From the NCBI GenBank assembly GCA_963737155.1, contig CAVTRN010000001.1, forward strand, positions 416,001 to 480,000: a DNA stretch of 64,000 bases, read 5' to 3'. Positions 48,759 through 59,686 of the stretch are shown here, in pieces (position 1 is the first letter of the stretch; the number at the start of each line of letters is the position of its first letter). Below the pieces are notes generated by a model. The model was not told where the DNA came from and searched no databases. It was given only the letters and a program-made list of their open reading frames with translations. Made by a program: the position numbers and the translations under genes. The stretch is from Nitrospirota bacterium. Lineage in GTDB: Bacteria > Nitrospirota > UBA9217.

Positions 48759-51437
48759 TCATGTTCGGCCGACGTACATAACGCCGGTCAGCAGTTTATT
48801 GAGCGCACCCAGCAATTCCTTCTCCTCAAAAGGCTTTACGAGGTAGTCCCGGGCGCCCATCTCCGTGGCTTTCTGTCGATGCTTGTCGCCAGCACGCGAG
48901 GTCAGCACAATGACGGGGATATGCGCGAGGTCGGGATTCTTTTTCATCTCGGCCATGAGGTCGTATCCATGCATAACGGGCATTTCAAGATCGGTGATGA
49001 CGATGTCGAATTTGACCCTGCCCATGATATTAAGGGCTTCCATGCCGTCAGACGCCACCTCCACTTCATAGCCGGTGCGATCGAGGAAGCGTTGCACGTA
49101 TTTTCTTATGCTGATGGAATCATCAACTACAAGGAGTCTGGGCTTCCGGTTCGAGATCGCCTGCGTGATGGGAATTTCACGCGACGACATGTCGACGTGG
49201 GCCTTGGCTGCAATCAGGCCCTCTTCACCGAAAAGAGATGCGATGTTGATGATGAGGCGTACATTGCCTTCGCCGGAAATCGTTGCACCGGAAAAAAGCT
49301 TGATACCCTTTAAATAATCGCCAAGAGATTTCACGACGATCTCTTCCCGACCGAGGATCTCCTCCACCATAAGCGCGATCCGCTTCTCGGCCATGCCGAG
49401 AATCAGCGTCGGGTGGCGGAAGGAGTCGTCTTTTTTCGGGAACTTGCTTACACCCAGCAAATCATTCAACTTGAGAAGCCTTATCATCGAACCGCGCAGG
49501 CTAACCATCTCGTTACCGGCCGCCCGCTGAATGTCCTTGTACGCAAATCGCGTCGTTTCCTCGACAAGATTCATCGGAACGGCAATTTCCTGGTCCTTTA
49601 ACTTCACGATCAATGCCTGGGCAGTGGCGAGTGTAAGCGGAAGCCGGATTACGAACTTGGTTCCCACATCCACTGCGGTCTTGATCTCGATCCTCCCGTT
49701 GATCCTGGCGAGGTTGTTGGAAACAACATCCATGCCTACGCCACGGCCCGAAACCTTGGTGATCTTCGATGCCGTGGAAAAGCCCGGACGGAAGATCAGG
49801 TTGATGGCCTCCAGGTCCGTCAGGGACTGCGCCTCAGCCTGGCTCATGAAACCCTTGTCAACAGCGGTCTTTCTAAGCGCTGCGATATCCATACCGCGGC
49901 CGTCGTCATCGATCTGGACAATGATGCTATTTCCTTCGTGCCGGGCGTTCAGTATCAGCGTACCAGTCGGCTCTTTCCCGAGGGCTCTTCGCTCCGTAAC
50001 GGTTTCAATGCCGTGGGATACGGCATTTCTGATCATGTGCATAAGCGGATCGGTAATGATCTCGAAAATCGTCTTGTCAATCTTTGTCTCGCCGCCCAAA
50101 AACACCATATTGACTTCCTTACCCTCTTCGCGGGCAAGATCGCGGACGGGCCGCTGAAACATCTGGTAAAGCTTGTCCATCTCGACCATGCGAGCCTGGG
50201 TGATCTCGTCCTTCAGGTTAGTGGTAATGGTCGAAATTCGCGCAGTGTCAAGTTCGAAGGAATCAAAAAAACCGGCAAGCTCCGTCATAATTTCGTTTGT
50301 ATCATTCGTGATTTCCGTCAGCTTACGCGATAATAGGTTGAAGTCGTCATAGCGATCAAACTCGAGTTCAAAAAAGTCGTCGAATTGCACGGCAACATTC
50401 TGCTGCTGAGGCGTGACATCAGCCATCACCGTGTATTCGTATTTTTGCTCGAACTTTTTGATCTCGTGGAGCAACCGGTTCTGGCTGAAATCAAGTTCCT
50501 CCCGAAGCGTTTTAATCAAGTCAACCTGACGCGCAAGCCGGTTGCGGTTAACAACCATCTCTCCCACCAGGTTCATGAGATTGTCGAGCCGCTCGATATT
50601 GACACGAATAAACTGATTTTCACGGTCCGGCGCATCCGTGGCACGGCGTCCGATGCCGCGTTTTTCATGGATACCGATATTTTTAGCCTCGTCGATCTCC
50701 TGTTGGAGTGGACGTCCCGGCGCCGTCTGAGGCCGGGACCCGGCAAGGGAGTCAGCCGCTGGCTTCGGTCCGGGAGAGGAGGTCAGTGCGGGAGGCATTT
50801 TCGCTGCTGCCGGCACTGACAGGGCAGCTGGCGTTGCAGGAGGGTACGACACCGGCGCTTTCTGGACAGCAGGCGGTGGAAGAGGTGGTATTGCCGATGT
50901 AGCCTTTTCAATGTCTCTGTCAAAGATTTTTTCCCACGCAATATCCATGTCGTCATTACGATCCTGCAGACCCTTGTGGGCTTCAGGAGGCTGAAGCGTC
51001 CCGCTTTTATCAACATGCTGCTTCGCTATCGTCATTTCCCGGGAAGCGGCAACTATGTCCTTATAGGCTTGTCCTACGGATTCGACTACCAGAGGATCCT
51101 CGGGCTCACTGGCTGCCACGCCGTCCACCATGACCTTGACGGCGTCGACACTGTCAAAGAGAAAATTCAAGGTCTCTTTACAAATGGCAATCGAGCCATC
51201 GCGAAACATGCTGAGCATGTCCTCAGCATTGTGGGCCACGCTGCTGACCCCTTGGTATCCCATCATGGCTGCTGATCCCTTCAGCGTGTGCGCAGCGCGA
51301 AAAAGCTCATCAATCATGCTGGTATCAGCTGGGTCCTTTTCGAGAGACAGAAGGCCCCTGTTCAGGTTTTGAAGATGCTCACCCGCCTCAATCAGGAAAA
51401 ACTCTATGATGCTAGATTTGTCCAACGGATCATTCAT
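48759..51437 (-). CDS. cheA: Hybrid CheA (ChpA/PilL-like; Hpt-dimer-HATPase-CheW-REC)
   Basis: AHTLKG, HMIRNAVSHG, SGRGVGMD, C-terminal receiver. Confidence 0.95.
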   Translation of the reverse strand: MNDPLDKSSIIEFFLIEAGEHLQNLNRGLLSLEKDPADTSMIDELFRAAHTLKGSAAMMGYQGVSSVAHNAEDMLSMFRDGSIAICKETLNFLFDSVDAVKVMVDGVAASEPEDPLVVESVGQAYKDIVAASREMTIAKQHVDKSGTLQPPEAHKGLQDRNDDMDIAWEKIFDRDIEKATSAIPPLPPPAVQKAPVSYPPATPAALSVPAAAKMPPALTSSPGPKPAADSLAGSRPQTAPGRPLQQEIDEAKNIGIHEKRGIGRRATDAPDRENQFIRVNIERLDNLMNLVGEMVVNRNRLARQVDLIKTLREELDFSQNRLLHEIKKFEQKYEYTVMADVTPQQQNVAVQFDDFFELEFDRYDDFNLLSRKLTEITNDTNEIMTELAGFFDSFELDTARISTITTNLKDEITQARMVEMDKLYQMFQRPVRDLAREEGKEVNMVFLGGETKIDKTIFEIITDPLMHMIRNAVSHGIETVTERRALGKEPTGTLILNARHEGNSIIVQIDDDGRGMDIAALRKTAVDKGFMSQAEAQSLTDLEAINLIFRPGFSTASKITKVSGRGVGMDVVSNNLARINGRIEIKTAVDVGTKFVIRLPLTLATAQALIVKLKDQEIAVPMNLVEETTRFAYKDIQRAAGNEMVSLRGSMIRLLKLNDLLGVSKFPKKDDSFRHPTLILGMAEKRIALMVEEILGREEIVVKSLGDYLKGIKLFSGATISGEGNVRLIINIASLFGEEGLIAAKAHVDMSSREIPITQAISNRKPRLLVVDDSISIRKYVQRFLDRTGYEVEVASDGMEALNIMGRVKFDIVITDLEMPVMHGYDLMAEMKKNPDLAHIPVIVLTSRAGDKHRQKATEMGARDYLVKPFEEKELLGALNKLLTGVMYVGRT

Positions 51438-51442
51438 ATGCG

Positions 51443-53299
51443 CTATTCGACCAGGCCAAGTTTAATTTCCTCATCACTCGTGGTAACTTGCTCCGTAACC
51501 GGTTGATAGCTATCAAGCGAAGAGAGCGGTATTTCCCTGCCCGCGCCGTCCTGCCCGATCTTGAATCTCCCGATGGCGTCGGTCAGTCGCCTGGTGAGAC
51601 CCGCCAGGTTATTTATTGTCTGCACAGTCCCCTGTACGCCGCTGGTCGTATCCTGTGTCAATTGAGAAATATTTTCCATGGTATGCGCGACGCTTTCCGT
51701 CGACTTCACCTGATCGGCCGCCGCCCTCGTGATGTCACTCATGAGGGTCGATGTCTGTTTCACGATCTGTTCGATCTCGCGGAGCGCGGCGCCTGCCTGA
51801 TCGGCAAGTTTAGTACCTTCCTCCACCTCACGGGTGCCTTCCTCCATAACCTTCACGGCTTCGCTTGTTTCGGCCTGGATGCTCTTGATCAGGCCTGTAA
51901 TGTCCTTCGTGGCGCGGGCCGCGCGCTCAGCGAGTTTCCTCACTTCATCAGCAACCACGGCGAAACCCCTGCCCTGTTCACCCGCGCGGGCCGCCTCGAT
52001 AGCTGCATTCAGCGCAAGAAGGTTCGTCTGTGTCGCGATTTCGTTGATTACTTCGATGATGGCGCCGATTTCCAGGGAGCGTTCGCCGAGGCCCTTGATT
52101 TTTTTCCCGGTTGACTGCACGGTGACGCGGATGCGCTGCATGCCCTTGATCGTTTCGGACACGGCCATCCCGCCCTTGATAGCCGCTTGAGTGGCTTTGA
52201 CCGATGTCTGCGTTGCCGCTTCGGCGTTTTCAGCCATACGCAGGGTCGTTAGGGACATGGCGTTCACAGCGTCCGATGCATTTCGGATCTGTAATGCCTG
52301 CTGTTCAGCGCCCACCCTCATACGCTCCGCGGACCGGAGGATATCACCGGTGGATCGCTGAATTTGAGTGGCCACATTGCTGGCATGCGTGACGAGAGTA
52401 GTCAAACCAGCAATCATAAGGTTGAATGCGTCCGCCACGGACCCGAGGGCGTCGGCGGTCACTTCTGCTTTGATTGTGAGGTCGCCCTCCGCTGCAGTGC
52501 TCACAATCGAGAGAAGGTTCATGACCTGGTGCTGCATCTTGTCCCGGTCCGTCTCGGTCTGGACTAGGCCCTGAAGACGCTCGATCATTCGGTTCAGTGT
52601 GTCGCCCAACTGGCCAAGTTCGTCTCCGGTTTTCACGGCCACCTTTTTCGATAGCTCACCACGTCCGAGAGCTTCAGCGACCCGCATCAGGTCCTTAACC
52701 GGGGCGATGATTATAGCGGTAATGACCATGGTGACGACTGACAGGATAATGAGTGCCACGATGCCCACGCCCATGATGTTCATGAGGAGGTTCCTGGTAT
52801 TGGTCTTGATCAGCGTCACGTTAAGGCCCACATGGACGGAGCCGAGGATCCCGCCGCCTATAGGCGCGGTAATATCTATGACCTCGATTGTGCTGTCCTT
52901 AAGGTTTATCTGCGCAGGCTGCTCTCCGTAGGGAACGCCCGGTTTAAGAATGATGTTCTGAAGTTCCACGGGAAGGACGTTTCCTTCGAAAGTAGACGCG
53001 AGGACTTTCCCCCTGCTGTCGCGAATGAAGCAGTAAGCGATATCCGGCCGGCCGGCAGCCTCCCCCGCTATAAGTTGGAGAGCATTCTGGTCCTGCGCCT
53101 GGGCCGGCCCCACGGCCTTGGCTCCGAGATCCTCCGCCACGATCAATGCCTTATTGACCGCCTCCTCCCTCATCGTGTTCTGAATCTGGATGTAGATAAA
53201 ACCGAGAATGCCTGCTCCGAAAAGCGCCGACATGCCGATAATCATGAGCACGATCTTTGTTCTTATACTCATCCGGTAGAAAGGGTTGATGTTTTTCAT
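51443..53299 (-). CDS. Methyl-accepting chemotaxis protein (PilJ-like)
   Basis: Two TM, HAMP domains, [31 protein letters not shown]. Confidence 0.95.
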   Translation of the reverse strand: MKNINPFYRMSIRTKIVLMIIGMSALFGAGILGFIYIQIQNTMREEAVNKALIVAEDLGAKAVGPAQAQDQNALQLIAGEAAGRPDIAYCFIRDSRGKVLASTFEGNVLPVELQNIILKPGVPYGEQPAQINLKDSTIEVIDITAPIGGGILGSVHVGLNVTLIKTNTRNLLMNIMGVGIVALIILSVVTMVITAIIIAPVKDLMRVAEALGRGELSKKVAVKTGDELGQLGDTLNRMIERLQGLVQTETDRDKMQHQVMNLLSIVSTAAEGDLTIKAEVTADALGSVADAFNLMIAGLTTLVTHASNVATQIQRSTGDILRSAERMRVGAEQQALQIRNASDAVNAMSLTTLRMAENAEAATQTSVKATQAAIKGGMAVSETIKGMQRIRVTVQSTGKKIKGLGERSLEIGAIIEVINEIATQTNLLALNAAIEAARAGEQGRGFAVVADEVRKLAERAARATKDITGLIKSIQAETSEAVKVMEEGTREVEEGTKLADQAGAALREIEQIVKQTSTLMSDITRAAADQVKSTESVAHTMENISQLTQDTTSGVQGTVQTINNLAGLTRRLTDAIGRFKIGQDGAGREIPLSSLDSYQPVTEQVTTSDEEIKLGLVE

Positions 53300-53385
53300 C
53301 GTTTTACTCCTTGAGGAAAGAAGCTTCTGACTTTCCCCCCCGAGACTTGCCGCAGCTACGGAACCAGACCGCAGAGATCCGATGT

Positions 53386-53880
53386 TCAAGTCAGCATAAT
53401 CTCATCAATAACTCGCTCTATATCCAGAAGTGCCACAACACCCGTATCTCGCTGAACAACTCCCTGCAAGAAACGGGTACGGCTCTTGACGGTCTTCTGG
53501 ATTCCCGTTTCGGGCGGGAGTGGCCGGATATGGCTTGTGGGAATGGAGATTATGGTTGACACGTTATCAACGATAAAGCCGAGCATCATGGACCCCCTCT
53601 TAACGATCGCAATCTGTCCGGGAACTGAACGCTGCGGGAGGGAAAGCGCTGGGCGGATATCGATGATCGGCACAATGTTCCCCCGCAGGTTGATGACTCC
53701 TAGCACGTGCGATGGGGTAGTCGGGACGGGAAAAATTTTCTGAGAGGTGATGATTTCTATTAACGCTTCGACCGGAATTGCAAACGTGTCATCGCTTATA
53801 CTGAAGAGGCATATTTGTACGTTCTCATCCGGCAGAACACCTATCGCATCCGCGGTGACGTCGTTATTAATTACGGCCAA
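53386..53880 (-). CDS. cheW: CheW adaptor (PilI-like)
   Basis: [20 protein letters not shown]. Confidence 0.93.
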   Translation of the reverse strand: MAVINNDVTADAIGVLPDENVQICLFSISDDTFAIPVEALIEIITSQKIFPVPTTPSHVLGVINLRGNIVPIIDIRPALSLPQRSVPGQIAIVKRGSMMLGFIVDNVSTIISIPTSHIRPLPPETGIQKTVKSRTRFLQGVVQRDTGVVALLDIERVIDEIMLT

Positions 53881-53898
53881 ACGGGTCCCCTCCCGGAA

Positions 53899-54258
53899 TT
53901 AGATATATTTCTTGACCGCCTTCAGCAGATCTTCAGGCTTAAAGGGCTTAGTCAGATACTCATCGGCACCCTGCTTCATCCCCCAAAACTTGTCACTCTC
54001 CTGGTCCTTGGAAGTGACCATGATGACCGCAATATTCTTCAGCCGATCGTCGCTCTTGATGTCCCTGCAGACCTGGAAGCCATTTTTTTTGGGCATGATC
54101 ACGTCAAGGATGACCAGATCTATCTTCTCTGATTTCAGTTTGGCTTCCGCAGCTTCTCCATCCATGACTGTCAGGAGAGTATGGCCGGTCGGCTGTAGCG
54201 TCTGCCGAAGGATCTCAAGCTCCGCCAGGCTGTCATCGGCTATGAGTATTTTGGCCAT
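53899..54258 (-). CDS. CheY-like response regulator (PilH-like)
   Basis: DVIMP..NGFQVCR, SKDQESDKFWGMKQGA. Confidence 0.9.
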   Translation of the reverse strand: MAKILIADDSLAELEILRQTLQPTGHTLLTVMDGEAAEAKLKSEKIDLVILDVIMPKKNGFQVCRDIKSDDRLKNIAVIMVTSKDQESDKFWGMKQGADEYLTKPFKPEDLLKAVKKYI

Positions 54259-54366
54259 CCTAGTCTCCTTATTCCCTTGAACAATTTGGTAAAAAATAAC
54301 ATATTTCCCTGGTACTGTCAAGTTTGCGTTTTTCCGCATCGTGGCCGCATCTTGCGCCTGAACGTA

Positions 54367-55641
54367 TTATATTTTTATACGAATAAGGTTCACCGAGAGA
54401 AGAATAAACATGCTCTTGACTACGTCGAACTCATCCATATGAAGCAAATCAATGATATTTTGGATGGTACGCCGACCGTCGACGCAAGAGAACACCCTGA
54501 GATCGAAATCACTCATGCCGCGCTTTGCAAGTTCATCGGCGTTTCCAATCATGGGATCGAACACGATATCAAAATGAGGGATCTTCCGCTGGACCAGGCT
54601 CCACTCATCTGCCCGGCGCGCGCCCTCCAGCAAGAGATCATCAACCCTAAACTGAGCAGTACCGGCAAAAACAGGTGGAACCGCCTTTTCAAAGAAGAAC
54701 TCACCTTCCTCCCAGGCCATGACTTTAAAGATTGCCGACTCCGTATGCCGGCGATGGCAATCGGTGAATGTCCTTGCACTGACGATGTTTTCCTGCACAA
54801 GAACCCTGTCAATCGGCTGCGATGTCATGTCGATAATGCTTAGAACGTGTTCAATGCTGTCCTCTTCGAGACCACAGGCGCGTTTGAGCAAAACCTCCAC
54901 AGCGGACCTTGGCCCCCTGCATCCTGATGACGCTAGGACAACGGCTCCGTCTTTGAAATATACTTCTACGGCATCACCAAGCCGGCCGACAACCAGCCTG
55001 CCAGTCTGGCGCTGAAGTCCGAGCATCTGCAGCACTTCCACTATCCGCACGCTCGCCAGATTGCCCCGGATACCCGCGTTCTTCGAAGCCTCTGAATGGC
55101 CCATCTCTTTTTTTATAAGTTCGGGCAGTGTCTTCTTGACAAATTCATCAAGCACCTGCTCGACAATGGACCGCACCATGGCTTCCATCTCTTCTGCCGC
55201 AGGTGATACCGCTCGCGGCAGGGGCGATGGCCGAAATTCCCGCTCAGGGACCGCTGGGGGCGCCGATTGTTGCCTATCAATTACTTCCCGGATTTTGGCG
55301 AGCAGTTCTTCGGGATGAAAGGGTTTGGTGAAGTATTCTGCAATGCCCAGAACATCAACAAATTTGCTGCCGACCTTGTCGCCCTTCGAGGTGACGAGAA
55401 TGATCGGCGTATTCTTGAAATCGGGATCCTCTTTCAATGTCTTGCAGACCTGGAAGCCGTTCATTTTCGGCATGATGAAGTCCACGAGGATGACAGCGGG
55501 ACGCTCTGACCGTGCCTTGGCAATTCCTTCTTCGCCATCAGACGCGAGAACGACCTGATAGCCTTGAGATGACAGGATCGTCTCAATGAGCCGCTGCACC
55601 GTCGGACTGTCGTCAATATCGAGGATTTTTTCTCCCGCCAT
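54367..55641 (-). CDS. Response regulator with DUF4388 (PatA/PilG-like) domain
   Basis: N-terminal REC; GNLAS..EVLQML...TGRL, WEEGEFFF, LLLEGARRADE. Confidence 0.85.
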   Translation of the reverse strand: MAGEKILDIDDSPTVQRLIETILSSQGYQVVLASDGEEGIAKARSERPAVILVDFIMPKMNGFQVCKTLKEDPDFKNTPIILVTSKGDKVGSKFVDVLGIAEYFTKPFHPEELLAKIREVIDRQQSAPPAVPEREFRPSPLPRAVSPAAEEMEAMVRSIVEQVLDEFVKKTLPELIKKEMGHSEASKNAGIRGNLASVRIVEVLQMLGLQRQTGRLVVGRLGDAVEVYFKDGAVVLASSGCRGPRSAVEVLLKRACGLEEDSIEHVLSIIDMTSQPIDRVLVQENIVSARTFTDCHRRHTESAIFKVMAWEEGEFFFEKAVPPVFAGTAQFRVDDLLLEGARRADEWSLVQRKIPHFDIVFDPMIGNADELAKRGMSDFDLRVFSCVDGRRTIQNIIDLLHMDEFDVVKSMFILLSVNLIRIKI

Positions 55642-55945
55642 CAATACCCCCAAGTTTAAACCTATTAATACTATCTTGGGTAAATACTATTGTCAACAGC
55701 TTAAGCGTTCCGCAGATTTTCCATTCGCAGCAGCTATCGCAGAATTGTCTCCGATGCGCCAGTCAAAGCAGCCTAATACCCTGATTATTTACCGAAATCG
55801 TCCGTGGATATCTGGAAAAATTTTTGAGCATAAAATTGTAATCCAGATCACAGAACTTTATCCGGATTATTTATATAATCGTCCAGTTTTGGATCGGGTT
55901 TTCAAGCGGTCTTTACAATTTTCCTGATTTAAAACCTGTAATTCT

Positions 55946-56037
55946 TCTCTGCTCAGAGCAAACCTGGGAAAACCCAGGGACGCAAAGCAACGGGACTAAT
56001 GAGTCAATCGACTCGATGTCCGCCGAGCCGCCAGAGA
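55946..56037 (+). ncRNA. GEMM-I cyclic-dinucleotide riboswitch, A20 (cGAMP-type) variant, copy 1
   Basis: P1 TCTCTG/CAGAGA, GCAAACC..GG-GACGCAAAGC, GGGACTAA receptor, GCC 3' end; A at 55957. Confidence 0.9.
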
Positions 56038-56083
56038 TAACGATGACGATGTAATGGCGCTTTTGACAGCGGAGGGAAACAAC

Positions 56084-57823
56084 ATGTTAAGAAAAAGCGG
56101 AGTATTGTTCATTTTGCTGGTGTCTGTGCAATTCATCATCTTGTCTGGATGCGGAGGGGGAAGTGGTGGCAGTTTAACGAGTGTGCAAAGTGGAACGTCG
56201 GCTCAGCTTGTGGCCATATCAATAACGCCGACAAATCCATCAATAGCGCAAAATACCGACCTGCAGTTTGTTGCCACCGGCCTCTACTCGGATAATACGA
56301 CACGGGATCTGACAACGACCGCAACCTGGTCAACGTCAGATCCGGTAAATGCCCCGTTTACGGGAATCGGATGTGTGCATGGCAAAAATACTGGCATGTG
56401 GACAATTTCCGCGACTGCAGGAAATGTTTCGGATGCAACTACGTTGACGGTAACGGCGGCAACACTGGTGTCCATAACGGTCACGCCGGTTAATCCGAGC
56501 ATGGCAATAGGGACAACTCAGCAGTTTGCTGCGACGGGAACGTTCTCCGATAACACCACGCAGGACTTGACGACGTCAGTAGCCTGGTCTTCGTCGGCAT
56601 CGTCTGTAGCGGCAGTCAGTAATACGGCAAGTTCAATGGGACTGGTCACTCCCGTAGCCGCAGGAACAACAACGATCACGGCGACATCAGGCGCAGTGTC
56701 GGCATCTACTCAGCTGACGGTAACACCCGCAACACTTGTTTCAATAAACGTTACGCCGACCAATCCGAGTATACCAACAGGGGCAACACAGCAGTTCGTT
56801 GCAACAGGAACATTCTCCGACAACACCACACAGAACCTGACGGCGTCAGTAGCCTGGTCTTCGTCGGCATCGTCTGTAGCGAATATTAGTAATACAGCGG
56901 GTTCAAACGGACTGGCCACCCCGGTTGCCGCAGGAACGACAACGATCACGGCGACATCAGGCGCAGTGTCAGCATCTACTCAGCTGACGGTAACACCTGC
57001 AACGCTCGTTTCCCTTGCAATAACGCCGGCCAATCCAAGCATCGCGCTAGGAACCAACGAGCAATTCAGTGCCACCGGGACGTATTCCGACGGTTCGACG
57101 CAAAACCTGACAACGTCCGTGACGTGGGGTTCATCGACAACATCTGTCGCGGCCATCAGCAACGCCGCGGGTTCAAAAGGACTGGCCACTCCGGTAGCCT
57201 ATGGCATGGTAACGATCACGGCGACGTCAGGGAGTATATCGGGATCAACCAAATTGACGGTATCTACGGCAACATTGGTTTCAATTGCAATAACCCCTCT
57301 TACTTCTTCTTTCCCGACAGGGTCAACGCAGCAGTTTACAGCTACCGGCACGTACTCAAACAACACAACGCAGAACCTGACCGCCTTGGCTACCTGGAGT
57401 ACCTCCAAGGCAGGTGTTGCAACGGTCAGCAACGCAGCAGGCTCGAAAGGACTTGCCACTGCCGTTGCTGCCGGTTCGGCCGTAATTTCATCTTCCTTCG
57501 GAGGCGCTTCAGCAACTGCCTCACTGACAATTACGGCAGCACAGTCTGCACCGTCTACGGTTAGCGTGACACTTAGCTGGGCGGCCCCAACATCGTATTC
57601 AAATGGAACTACGTTGGTTACCGCAGATATAGCATCGTACAAGATATATTACGGAACCACATCCGGAGTATATACGCAGGTCGTCAGTGTTCCAAGTCCC
57701 GGGACCACCACAGTTAGCCAGACATTAAACTTGGCGCCCGGGACTTATTACTTTGTCGTCTCGGATGTGGATACATCAGGCGTGGAAAGTAATTATTCCA
57801 ACCAAATGTCGGGAACAATTTAA
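56084..57823 (+). CDS. Lipoprotein with ~5 bacterial Ig-like (Big_2, Lig-like) repeats and a C-terminal Fn3-like domain
   Basis: Lipobox ILSGC; repeated LVSI.VTP.NPS...QF.ATGT.SD..TQ.LT..W.S; LSWAAP..Y.IYYG..ES..SN. Confidence 0.9.
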   Translation: MLRKSGVLFILLVSVQFIILSGCGGGSGGSLTSVQSGTSAQLVAISITPTNPSIAQNTDLQFVATGLYSDNTTRDLTTTATWSTSDPVNAPFTGIGCVHGKNTGMWTISATAGNVSDATTLTVTAATLVSITVTPVNPSMAIGTTQQFAATGTFSDNTTQDLTTSVAWSSSASSVAAVSNTASSMGLVTPVAAGTTTITATSGAVSASTQLTVTPATLVSINVTPTNPSIPTGATQQFVATGTFSDNTTQNLTASVAWSSSASSVANISNTAGSNGLATPVAAGTTTITATSGAVSASTQLTVTPATLVSLAITPANPSIALGTNEQFSATGTYSDGSTQNLTTSVTWGSSTTSVAAISNAAGSKGLATPVAYGMVTITATSGSISGSTKLTVSTATLVSIAITPLTSSFPTGSTQQFTATGTYSNNTTQNLTALATWSTSKAGVATVSNAAGSKGLATAVAAGSAVISSSFGGASATASLTITAAQSAPSTVSVTLSWAAPTSYSNGTTLVTADIASYKIYYGTTSGVYTQVVSVPSPGTTTVSQTLNLAPGTYYFVVSDVDTSGVESNYSNQMSGTI

Positions 57824-57831
57824 CTGGAATG

Positions 57832-57867
57832 CTCGTCTCCCTCCCCCACAAGGGAGAGGGAGACGAG
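57832..57867. repeat. GC-rich intergenic hairpin (REP-like or terminator)
   Basis: CTCGTCTCCCTCCCCC-acaa-GGGAGAGGGAGACGAG. Confidence 0.55.
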
Positions 57868-59686
57868 CGAAAATACGGCAGCAGGACAGCTGCAAACAAT
57901 ACCAGTTGCTCATTATGGCATGAGTTCTCTTCCCTGAACTTTGCATCGCAGTAGATCCCCGCCTTCCTTACAGGCATAGTTCTCTTTACGTGTTTCGAAG
58001 CGAAAAAATTGAATGGAACCTGTCTCTCTTCCGCGGCTGACAGCGCGAGGATGTGACCGACTCTCCCTGGGCGAATTCATTGCCTTCGAGCTTGAAGTCT
58101 AACCCATCTTCCGCAGTAAAAAATTCAAAGTTCCAATAAATCAGTTTCTTAGCTCGCACAATTGGCAAAAGTCGGCACTACATTTTCAACTATCTTCGGT
58201 CTGTTCGGTAACGGCAGCTTGAGTCTCTGAAGAAGCGGCTGTAGGTCCTTCGGCGCCTTGCTCACCACCCGAAGTCTGATTGTCTTATCGCGTGTTGGCA
58301 ACAACACGTCGAGCGATTTTACAATACGCAGTTCTTCGATTAGTTTCCTTGGCGCGCTTCCGATGCCGGAACAGGACATCCAGTGCGAGAGCATCCGCCA
58401 CATGGCGAGTGAGAGGAAACACACAAGGATGTGCGCCTGGGTGCGATCTTTCTTCTGATGGAAGATTGGTCGCATACCAAGATCGCTTTTGCTTATGCGA
58501 AAAGCATCCTCCACCTGCGTCAGCTCGATATAGGTCTTCCACAGCTCCTGCGGATCGCGTTCGGGCCAGTTCGTACGCAAGAGATAGCTGCCGCTTGTTT
58601 TGAGCGCCCAGTTGTATCGTTCTTCGTTTTTGGTGATTGTGATGCTTAGGCGTGTGTCTTTGCCGCTTCCTGTCTCAGAGACCAGGACTTCGTACAATGA
58701 TGCCGCACGGCTATTCCGTTCGAGAAGCCTGCCGATTCTTCGTTCTACCTTCTGCTTATCCCGGAGTTTGCCCGCGCTGGCCTGATTCTGCATTTTTGTA
58801 AGGCCTTCTTCCAACCGGGTGATGAACCGGTTCAGAATCGCTTCTTCCTTCTCTTTGCGTCCTTTTGAACGGCACAGAAGGAACGTTTCTTCGCTGCCGT
58901 CAGGTGACGGGCAGAGCTTGATCTCCACATCGGGCCGGACTGTTTGCCAGTTCTCCATAAGCAACTCACGCTCGAATTTCTTAAGCATGGCCTTGGGCGT
59001 GCCGACCAGATATCGGGCTCCCTGCTCGCGCATATATTCGAGATTCTCTTCACTCACCATGCCGCGATCCATCACCCATATGCGCTCGGCCTTGCCGTAT
59101 TTCGTTGCCATTGTCTCGACCATCTCTTCTACGGTAGTCACATCGGTCCGGTTCCCATCGAAGACTTCAAAGGCCAACGGCAGTCCCTCTTTGCTCGCCA
59201 CAAGCCCGATGGTAACCTGGACACAATCAGGCCGGCCGTCTCGACTGTATCCGCGCTTTGCTTGCGAGTTCCCCGTCATGGCCCCTTCAAAATATGTCGA
59301 CGTGATGTCGTAAAAGAGAAAATCGAACCGTGTCCCGAATAGTTCTCCGTACCGCTGCTGCAGATGCCTGCATAGGGCCTCCTTGTGGGGCAGCAGGGCA
59401 TCAAGTGCCCGGTAGAGCCGGTCATCGTTGATCTTCTCTTTGGGCACGCCCAACAGATCATCCAGTGCAGTTGTGCCATACCAGAAGTCGGCCACTTGGA
59501 GATCCGAGGATGGTGCGCAGAATCGTGCCAGAGCCAAAATGCAGGCCATGATCGACCACGGTACTTCTTCTCTTCCAACCTTGATATGCTCTTCACAAAA
59601 TTCCGAAAGCCTGAGTCTCCTCCACAGCGCAAGTGCAAGATAGACATCACCAAAGGAGCGCAGGCGATCAACTTGCACTCCTTTAA

